From: Bacilli bacterium
Lineage (GTDB): Bacteria; Bacillota_I; Bacilli_A; RFN20; CAG-826
Direction: 5' to 3'
DNA length: 64,000 nucleotides
Assembly (NCBI GenBank): GCA_024408075.1
Contig: JAKSVK010000003.1
Location: 9,048-73,047, forward strand
The first letter of the stretch is position 1. Each line of letters starts with the position of its first letter. The notes under the pieces were generated by a model that ran no database searches, was not told the origin of the DNA, and saw only the letters and a list, made by a program, of their open reading frames with translations. The position numbers were made by a program, and so were the translations under genes. This document shows, piece by piece, positions 1 through 7,242 of this stretch.

Positions 1-532
1 CCCAGATATTCTTATTTGTGATGAACCTACAACTGCTCTTGACGTTACTATTCAAGCTCAAATCCTTGAACTTATTAATAAATTAAAGAGAGAAAGAAAC
101 CTTTCATGTATCTTTATTACTCACGATTTAGGTGTTGTTGCTAATATGGCTGATAGAGTTGCTGTTATGTATGCTGGCAAGATTGTTGAATATGGTACTG
201 AAGAAGACATTTTCTATAATCCAAAGCATCCATATACTTGGGCACTTTTATCATCTATTCCAGATATTAACTCTAAAGAGAAACTTGAAGCAATTCCAGG
301 AACTCCACCAAATATGATTTATCCACCTGTTGGAGATGCCTTTGCTTTAAGAAGCAAATATGCTTTGGCAATTGACTTTAAAAAGGAACCTCCTTTCTTT
401 AAAGTTAGTGATACTCATTATGCTGCTACTTGGCTTCTTGATCCTCGTGCACCAAAAGTGGAAATGCCTGCAATTGTTAAGACTCGTATTGAGAACTCTT
501 TAAAAAATGCTAAAAAGGAGGTCAATGAATAA
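1..532 (+). CDS. oppD: Oligopeptide/dipeptide ABC transporter ATP-binding protein (OppD-type), 5' end outside window
   Basis: Frame open from nt 2. Translation PDILICDEPTTALDVTIQAQ (Walker B/D-loop), ITHDLGV (H-loop) and the oligopeptide-type C-terminal extension HPYTWALLSSIP. The TAA stop at 530-532 overlaps the next ATG. Confidence 0.9.
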   Translation, partial: PDILICDEPTTALDVTIQAQILELINKLKRERNLSCIFITHDLGVVANMADRVAVMYAGKIVEYGTEEDIFYNPKHPYTWALLSSIPDINSKEKLEAIPGTPPNMIYPPVGDAFALRSKYALAIDFKKEPPFFKVSDTHYAATWLLDPRAPKVEMPAIVKTRIENSLKNAKKEVNE

Positions 533-2013
533 TGCGTAAAGTAAGTTTTAGACAAGAACTTGTCGATAACAACATTGAACTTTCTGTTAGACATTTAAAA
601 CAGTTCTTTAAATTTGGTCACGGAAAAAGTGCTTTTAAAACTAAGGCTGTTCATGATGTTTCTTTTGATATTAAAAAAGGTGAATGTTTTGGTTTAGTTG
701 GTGAATCTGGATGTGGTAAAACTACAACCGGTCGTAGCTTAATTAGACTTTATAACATTACTTCTGGAAGTGTTTATTTTGAAGGTCAGAGAGTAAGCGC
801 TGGGTCTAGATGGAACGTAAAAGAAATTAAATGGTCAAGAATTCGTAGTAAAAAACAAATTAAGAGTTTAAAGAAAGATAGAAGATCTGATATTGAAAAT
901 GTTGCTGTAGATAAGGACATTATCGATTCAATCAAAAAACTTGATACAGAGAACTTTGAAATTGATAAAAAAATCTCCGATTTAAAAGGAATTCGTAAAG
1001 AAAGACTCGAACAAGCTTCAAATATTAATGATGAAGAAACTCGTGAATTAAAAATTAAAGAAATTGAAAATGAATATTTAAGTGAACTTATTCCTTCTAA
1101 AGAAAAATATAAAGATAATAAGAAAAAAATTAGAGAACTTAATAAAATCAAACATAAACAACTTTTGAAATACTTTGGTGGTATTAGCAAAGAACAACAA
1201 GCTGAAGTTAAAAAGATTTATAAAGATTATTCTGTAAAAATCTCAGAAGTTAGAAATAGTCTTTCAAAAGTTGTTAAAGAACAAAAAGAAGCTATTGCTC
1301 AAATTAAATATGATAATCGCCATGTTGATAAAAAACTCATGAGTAAGATGCAGATGATCTTCCAAGATCCTGTTGATTCTCTTGATCCAAGAATGACTGT
1401 TCAAGACATTATTGAAGAAGGTTTACATATTCAAGGACAATACAATAAGTATAAAAATTCACAAAAAGTGAAAGAAGTTTTAATTAAAGTTGGACTTCTT
1501 CCTGAATATGCTTCTCGTTACCCACACGAATTCTCTGGTGGTCAAAGACAACGTATCGGAATTGCTCGTGCACTTGTTATGAATCCTAGATTCTTAATTT
1601 GTGATGAACCTATTTCTGCATTAGACGTTTCTATTCGTGCTCAAATTATTAATTTGCTTAATGATTTAAAAGAAGAAATGGGATTAACCATTATGTTTAT
1701 TGCTCACGACTTGTCTGTTGTTAAATATTTCTGCGATCGTATTGCAGTTATGTATTATGGTGAAATTGTTGAACTTGCTAGTAGTGATGAATTATTTAAA
1801 CATCCATTACATCCATATACCCATGCTCTTCTTTCAGCTATTCCAAAACCTGATCCATTAAGTGAGAAGAAGAGAAAAAGATATATTTATGATCCTAATG
1901 TGGAACATGATTATTCAAAAGAAGCTCCAAAACTTACTGAAATTGTTCCAGGACACTTTGTATTAGCAAATTCTACTGAACTTAAAAAATATAAAGAACA
2001 AATTAAAAAATAA
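532..2013 (+). CDS. oppF: Oligopeptide ABC transporter ATP-binding protein (OppF-type) carrying a large internal Lys/Glu-rich insertion
   Basis: Walker A GESGCGKTT, Q-loop MQMIFQDP, signature FSGGQRQRIGIARAL, Walker B FLICDEPISALD, H-loop IAHDL, C-terminal HPYTHALLSAIP. 493 aa against roughly 320 for typical OppF. Confidence 0.9.
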   Translation: MRKVSFRQELVDNNIELSVRHLKQFFKFGHGKSAFKTKAVHDVSFDIKKGECFGLVGESGCGKTTTGRSLIRLYNITSGSVYFEGQRVSAGSRWNVKEIKWSRIRSKKQIKSLKKDRRSDIENVAVDKDIIDSIKKLDTENFEIDKKISDLKGIRKERLEQASNINDEETRELKIKEIENEYLSELIPSKEKYKDNKKKIRELNKIKHKQLLKYFGGISKEQQAEVKKIYKDYSVKISEVRNSLSKVVKEQKEAIAQIKYDNRHVDKKLMSKMQMIFQDPVDSLDPRMTVQDIIEEGLHIQGQYNKYKNSQKVKEVLIKVGLLPEYASRYPHEFSGGQRQRIGIARALVMNPRFLICDEPISALDVSIRAQIINLLNDLKEEMGLTIMFIAHDLSVVKYFCDRIAVMYYGEIVELASSDELFKHPLHPYTHALLSAIPKPDPLSEKKRKRYIYDPNVEHDYSKEAPKLTEIVPGHFVLANSTELKKYKEQIKK

Positions 2014-2038
2014 GAGGAATTATAATTCCTCTTTTTTA
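2012..2038. terminator. Bidirectional intrinsic terminator between convergent oppF and S8 protease genes
   Basis: Palindrome AAGAGGAATTATAATTCCTCTT flanked by an A-run upstream and a T-run downstream. It overlaps the last codons of the minus-strand CDS. Confidence 0.5.
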
Positions 2039-3288
2039 TTACGCTTTTTAATAATTATTAGTCCAATTCCAACTAGTGAAATTGTACTTAACAATATTGA
2101 TGTAGTTTGTAAACTTCCAAAACAACCTCTATTGACTGGTCTTGAACCATTTAATAAATATTGTATGTTAAGTGCTCCAAATCCATAGATTGGGTCCCAC
2201 CCTGATTTTCCAACATCAATACATGATTTTATTAAATCGCTTTTAAATTGATTTGGTGTACCAAGAGGATATTTTTCTTTCCAAAGAAGTGCAGCAGCCG
2301 AAACTATTGGAGCAGAAAATGATGTACCTTGTGTTTGGCAATATGTTGATACACCTGCATCTCTTGGGCCTTGAAAATCAGTTGTTACTACGTAACCAGG
2401 AGCACATACATCTACTGAAACGTCATCAGTTGGTAAAGATGATGAATCATTATAGTTAGAAAATACTGCTGCCTCTTTATTTGAATAAGGTTTAAAAGCA
2501 CCAACTCCAATGACGTGTTTATTTGCAGCAGGGTAACATTTAACGGATGTTTTTTCATTTCCTGCTGATGCAACAATAATTACATTATGTTCATAAGCAT
2601 AATTGATAGATGGTTGAAATTCTTTATCGGCGTTTTCAAAATAATCTTTATTTTTAACATTATGTACTTCACCAGTGTATCCGTTAACATAAGGTTCAGC
2701 ATATGTCCCTAAGGAAATATTTATTACATCTGCTCCATTATCTGTAGCATACTTGATTGCTTCATGAACACTAACATTATACATATCAACTTTAATAGCA
2801 AGAATGTTTGCTTCCGGAGCAATGCCGACAATACCTTCGTTATTCATTTTTGCAGCAATTACTCCTGCAGTATTTGTGCCATGTGAGACATACTTGTCTT
2901 TATCAAAATCATGAGTCAAATATTCAAGCCCAGCATGGACAACCGCTTTCATTGGATTTGATGGATTTCTTGTAATATATGCGGAATTTGCAAGGATTTT
3001 TCCTTGTAAATCAGGATGATTGATATCAATTCCTGAATCAATTATAGCTACAGTTGTTCCTGCTCCTAAATGGGTATTCCAAACCACTTCTAGAGCTCCG
3101 ACATAACCTAGGGCAATATTTTGATATATATATGATTCGCCGACTTTGATTTTGCTCTCGCCCGTATAAAAAGGATCACTAGGCGAATAAGCCTTTGCTT
3201 CTTCATAATGAGTTACAAAAGTAAAGCTAGCAGTTAATCCAATTGCTAACAATGGTATCAATGTAATCAAAGCGGCTTTTCTCTTCAT
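2020..3288 (-). CDS. Subtilisin-like serine protease (peptidase S8) with N-terminal signal/anchor and C-terminal TM anchor
   Basis: Catalytic triad motifs AIIDSGID (Asp), HGTNTAGVIAA (His), GTSFSAPIVSAAALL (Ser). N-terminal hydrophobic segment, C-terminal hydrophobic helix followed by KKRNKK. Confidence 0.9.
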   Translation of the reverse strand: MKRKAALITLIPLLAIGLTASFTFVTHYEEAKAYSPSDPFYTGESKIKVGESYIYQNIALGYVGALEVVWNTHLGAGTTVAIIDSGIDINHPDLQGKILANSAYITRNPSNPMKAVVHAGLEYLTHDFDKDKYVSHGTNTAGVIAAKMNNEGIVGIAPEANILAIKVDMYNVSVHEAIKYATDNGADVINISLGTYAEPYVNGYTGEVHNVKNKDYFENADKEFQPSINYAYEHNVIIVASAGNEKTSVKCYPAANKHVIGVGAFKPYSNKEAAVFSNYNDSSSLPTDDVSVDVCAPGYVVTTDFQGPRDAGVSTYCQTQGTSFSAPIVSAAALLWKEKYPLGTPNQFKSDLIKSCIDVGKSGWDPIYGFGALNIQYLLNGSRPVNRGCFGSLQTTSILLSTISLVGIGLIIIKKRNKKEEL

Positions 3289-3352
3289 AATTTTATAACA
3301 TTATACCATTATTCATTTTTTATTCAGTAATAATGTTAGATATATTAGTTTG

Positions 3353-3380
3353 TTGTAATAATTATTACATTTGGTATAAT
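3353..3380 (+). promoter_or_regulatory. Putative sigma-A promoter TTGTAA-16 nt-TATAAT for the C11 lipoprotein gene
   Basis: Hexamers at 3353-3358 and 3375-3380. The -10 box lies only 11 nt upstream of the ATG. AT-rich context, so chance matches are possible. Confidence 0.35.
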
Positions 3381-3391
3381 AAACAGCACAT

Positions 3392-5665
3392 ATGAAAAAA
3401 AGATTTGTCTTATTTTTACTTCCTTTATTGGTTATTTCAATGTTTGTGAGTGGATGCGATTCAAATAATTCTAACTCTCCAACATCCTTTGATTTTTCTT
3501 TAAATGTTGAAAGTAAGACGATGAAAATAGATACTGATTTTCAAATAGTTCCTATTTTTAATGTTAAAAATCTTAAAAAGGAATATCAGAAATTAACATG
3601 GACCTCATCAAGAAAAAGTTATGTTTCCGTTGATGATAATGGTCTTTTACACGCACTTAAATTAACTTCTACACCTGTTACAATTACTGCAACATCGGAA
3701 ATCACACAAAAAAGTGTAAAATGTTCAATTTATGTAGTTAATGAGTTAATTGTTCCAACTAGTATTTCTCTTTCTGAGAATGAAATGTATTTAGAACCAG
3801 GTAAAAGCAAGAAACTATCAATATCATATGAGCCTTCCTCATCTACTGTTAAGGATGTGACTTGGATTTCTTCCAACCCAGCAGTTGTTGGAATTGAAAA
3901 TGATACTATTACAATTAATGAAAATGCTACTGACCAAGATGTTGTGGTTACTGCTATTTCCAATGGAAATAGTAATGTTTATGATACTTGTTTAGTGCAT
4001 ATTGCTCACTCGATTGTTCATGTAACTTCGTTTAATCTTAATTATTCTGAAACTACAATGATTATTGAAGATGCTCTACAATTAACTGCAAATTTTTATC
4101 CAGCGAATGCAATTGATATTGAAAAGAAGGTCAGTTGGACTTCTTCTAACAACAAGATTCTTACTGTTGATGAAAACGGATTGGTTACAGCTAAATCTAT
4201 AGGTAGTGCACAGATTGTTGCTAAATCTATGACTTTAGGAACAATTTGTAAATGTGACATAACAGTTGAAGAAAAACCAATATATCCAACTTCTATCTCT
4301 TTAACTGAAAAAGATATTTCTTTAATGATTGGAAGAAATCATCAATTTGAAGTTACATATACTCCTAATGATTGTAATGCAGGAAAAGGCATTGTTTGGA
4401 CTTCTTCAAATGAATCTGTTGGTACAATTTCTGAAAGTGGAATGTTTGTTATCAATCCTAATGCAAAAGCAGGACAAGTTACTAAAATTTCAGTTAAATC
4501 TACTTACAATCCTTCATTTACTTCTGAGTGTATTGTCACAATTACTGAAGAATATAAAGCAAAATGGACTATTATTTTCTATATTTGTGGTTCTAACTTA
4601 GAAAGTCAAAATAGTTTAGCAACAACAGATATTAAAGAAATCCTTTCAGTCGATAGACAACCTGATGATGTTAATATTCTTATTCAAACTGGTGGTGCAA
4701 AATCTTGGAATTCTAAATATGGAATTTCTGCTTCTTACACAGGAAGATATCATGTAGAAAACAAATCTCTAGTTCTTGATGAACAACTTCCAAAAGCTAA
4801 TTTTGGTTCATCTAACACGCTTCAAGAATGCTTAGAGTGGGGTATTAATAAATATCCTGCTGAAAAAACCGGATTAATTTTATGGAACCACGGTGGCGGA
4901 ATGGATGGCGTTTGTTATGATGAAAATTATAGGGATGATTGCTTATATCATAATGAAATTAAAGTTGCTTTGGAGGAAGCCTTCGAAAATACTGGTAGAT
5001 CAAGTCAAGATAGACTTGAATTTATAGGATACGATGCTTGCTTAATGGCTCTCCAAGATAGTGAAGAATATATTTCTCAATTTTGTAATTATTTTGTCTC
5101 TAGTCAAGAAGTTGAATCTGGATATGGATGGGATTATGATACTTGGCTTGATGATTTGTATGCTAAAAAACCAACGCTTGATATATTAAAAGCTATTGTT
5201 GATGGCTTTATTAAAGAGAATGATAAATATTATTCAAATGATCAAACTTTATCTGTCATCAATAGCAATACTTTTGAGTCATATAGGAATGCCTTTGAAA
5301 CCTATGCTGAACAATTAAATAATAAATTGACTGATTATGATATAAGTAGAGACACTTTCACAAAATTTGTTTCTCAAAATATAAAGTCCTATGCTGGTGA
5401 TGATGCACGTTATTATGGCTCCTTAGATGTTGTTGATTTTATAAATCAAGTTGAAACAAATTCCTTATTTTCAGTAGGTGGAAATTATGCCTCTGATGTA
5501 ATGGATGCATTTAAAAATTTAGTTGTATATGAAAATCATGGAAAAGCCGCAGGAAATAGCAACGGATTAAATTTGTTTTTCCCATGGTCTAATAATACTT
5601 GTGGATATAGAACTACTAATTTCACTAAATGGAAATCATTATGTAAAACATTTGGTTATGCGTAG
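3392..5665 (+). CDS. Lipoprotein with four Big_2 (bacterial Ig-like) repeats and a clostripain-family (C11) cysteine peptidase domain
   Basis: Lipobox FVSGC. A WTSS...V..NG motif (LTWTSS, VTWISS, VSWTSS, IVWTSS) recurs four times in aa 30-385. C11 His/Cys dyad context LILWNHGGGMDG and FIGYDACLMA. Confidence 0.85.
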   Translation: MKKRFVLFLLPLLVISMFVSGCDSNNSNSPTSFDFSLNVESKTMKIDTDFQIVPIFNVKNLKKEYQKLTWTSSRKSYVSVDDNGLLHALKLTSTPVTITATSEITQKSVKCSIYVVNELIVPTSISLSENEMYLEPGKSKKLSISYEPSSSTVKDVTWISSNPAVVGIENDTITINENATDQDVVVTAISNGNSNVYDTCLVHIAHSIVHVTSFNLNYSETTMIIEDALQLTANFYPANAIDIEKKVSWTSSNNKILTVDENGLVTAKSIGSAQIVAKSMTLGTICKCDITVEEKPIYPTSISLTEKDISLMIGRNHQFEVTYTPNDCNAGKGIVWTSSNESVGTISESGMFVINPNAKAGQVTKISVKSTYNPSFTSECIVTITEEYKAKWTIIFYICGSNLESQNSLATTDIKEILSVDRQPDDVNILIQTGGAKSWNSKYGISASYTGRYHVENKSLVLDEQLPKANFGSSNTLQECLEWGINKYPAEKTGLILWNHGGGMDGVCYDENYRDDCLYHNEIKVALEEAFENTGRSSQDRLEFIGYDACLMALQDSEEYISQFCNYFVSSQEVESGYGWDYDTWLDDLYAKKPTLDILKAIVDGFIKENDKYYSNDQTLSVINSNTFESYRNAFETYAEQLNNKLTDYDISRDTFTKFVSQNIKSYAGDDARYYGSLDVVDFINQVETNSLFSVGGNYASDVMDAFKNLVVYENHGKAAGNSNGLNLFFPWSNNTCGYRTTNFTKWKSLCKTFGYA

Positions 5666-5668
5666 AAT

Positions 5669-6607
5669 CTAGTTTTCTTTGATTTGATTTTTTTCACTAT
5701 ACTTAACTAATAAATATGATCCAATTGCACAGATAAAGATAAGGACGATACCAATCGGTATCTCTATTTTCATATTAAGATAGCCTTGTCCTCCATTAGA
5801 CCATAATTTGTAATAATTCCAAATTTGATTATTAATAAATAAAGAAATAATACTTCCAATAATAAATCCAAGAATTCCGTAGAACGTAATGTCGTGATGT
5901 TTAGTAAGTAACTTATTCATAATTTTGCTTACTACAATAAAACCTCCTACGACACCGATAGCAAAACAAGCTAACATTCCAATTTGTTGACCAAATAGAG
6001 ACCAATTTCCATGTATACATTGCTTTGCAACACTAACAGTTGATTCGATTAGTGGAGCATAAAAACCAAGTAGAACAAGAATCATTCCTCCTGAAACCCC
6101 TGGTACCACTAGGGCGATTGAAGCTACAAAACCAACTGGAATTAAAATAAGATAAAACCACCAATTTGGATTTGCAAATTGAGCAGATACATCAGCTTTT
6201 GCTAAGACTGATCCGACTCCAAGAGCAACAACAATCAAAAACGTAATAATAAAGGTAATGATATGATTTTTGGATGGTTTAACATTTTTTACTTCTGAAT
6301 TTATTTTCGGAATAGATCCAATAATAAAACCAGCAAAAATACAAATAAGTCCAAATAAAAATTTTTCTAAACATTTATCTACAAGAATTATTGTAGGTAT
6401 TAATCCAATTATTAATCCAATTATAACTGGAAGAAGTATAATGATGCTCTCTTTAAATTTTTTAAAAATATTACTTACAGCACTTATTATTTTTTGATAA
6501 ACATTAAAAATAACTGCAATAGTTCCTCCGCTGACTCCAGGAATTGCACTTCCTACTCCGATAGCTATTCCTGATAATAAAGTTTTAAACCAAGTTTTCT
6601 TTTTCAT
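5669..6607 (-). CDS. DUF368-family polytopic membrane protein (candidate undecaprenyl-phosphate translocase, PopT-like)
   Basis: Two PGVSGG motifs (AIPGVSGGTIAV and VVPGVSGGMILV) and about 8 hydrophobic helices. ATG at 6607 chosen; an in-frame TTG at 6658 would add 17 aa. Confidence 0.8.
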   Translation of the reverse strand: MKKKTWFKTLLSGIAIGVGSAIPGVSGGTIAVIFNVYQKIISAVSNIFKKFKESIIILLPVIIGLIIGLIPTIILVDKCLEKFLFGLICIFAGFIIGSIPKINSEVKNVKPSKNHIITFIITFLIVVALGVGSVLAKADVSAQFANPNWWFYLILIPVGFVASIALVVPGVSGGMILVLLGFYAPLIESTVSVAKQCIHGNWSLFGQQIGMLACFAIGVVGGFIVVSKIMNKLLTKHHDITFYGILGFIIGSIISLFINNQIWNYYKLWSNGGQGYLNMKIEIPIGIVLIFICAIGSYLLVKYSEKNQIKEN

Positions 6608-6685
6608 ACGAATAGAGTATATCAATTTTGTTTTAAATAACAAAAAGATTTTCTCCAACTATGCTTGTTAGTGTATACTTATTTC

Positions 6686-7237
6686 ATGAAATTAATCGTT
6701 GGTTTAGGTAATCCAGGAAGTAAATATGAACACACAAGGCACAATATGGGCTTTGATGTAATAGATTTATTTAGTGATTTGTCAAAAATAGATATAGACA
6801 AAGAAACTTTTAAAGGAGTTCTTGGTCGAGGAAAAGTTTTTGATGAAGATGTTATTTTATTAAAACCTTTAACATTTATGAACCTCTCTGGTGAAAGCGT
6901 TCAACTTGTAGTTAATTACTTTAAAATTCCAATTGAAGATGTATTGGTTATTTATGATGATATGGCACTTGCTCCAGGAACGATTAGACTTAGAAGTAAT
7001 GGCTCCAGTGGTGGACATAAAGGCATGCAAAACATCATTGAGAAATTACATACTGAAAATGTCAAAAGGATTAGAATTGGAATTGGTGAACCAACTTTCG
7101 ATACGATTGACTTTGTATTAACAAAGCCAAATAAAGAAGAAAAGCCTTTGATTGATGAGGCAATTGTGAGAGCAACAGAAGCAATTAAAGTTTACTTGAA
7201 TAAGAACTTTGAAACTGCGATGTCTCAATATAATTAG
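6686..7237 (+). CDS. pth: Peptidyl-tRNA hydrolase
   Basis: MKLIVGLGNPGSKYEHTRHNMGF and DDMALAPG motifs. ATG 6686 is preferred over the upstream TTG at 6665. Confidence 0.95.
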   Translation: MKLIVGLGNPGSKYEHTRHNMGFDVIDLFSDLSKIDIDKETFKGVLGRGKVFDEDVILLKPLTFMNLSGESVQLVVNYFKIPIEDVLVIYDDMALAPGTIRLRSNGSSGGHKGMQNIIEKLHTENVKRIRIGIGEPTFDTIDFVLTKPNKEEKPLIDEAIVRATEAIKVYLNKNFETAMSQYN

Positions 7238-7242
7238 GAGGA

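Noticed and set aside
786-1190. 134-aa minus-strand ORF inside oppF
   Set aside because: It is antisense to the AAR/GAA-rich insertion. Its translation is a low-complexity Leu/Ser/Phe string, a by-product of the repetitive codon composition.
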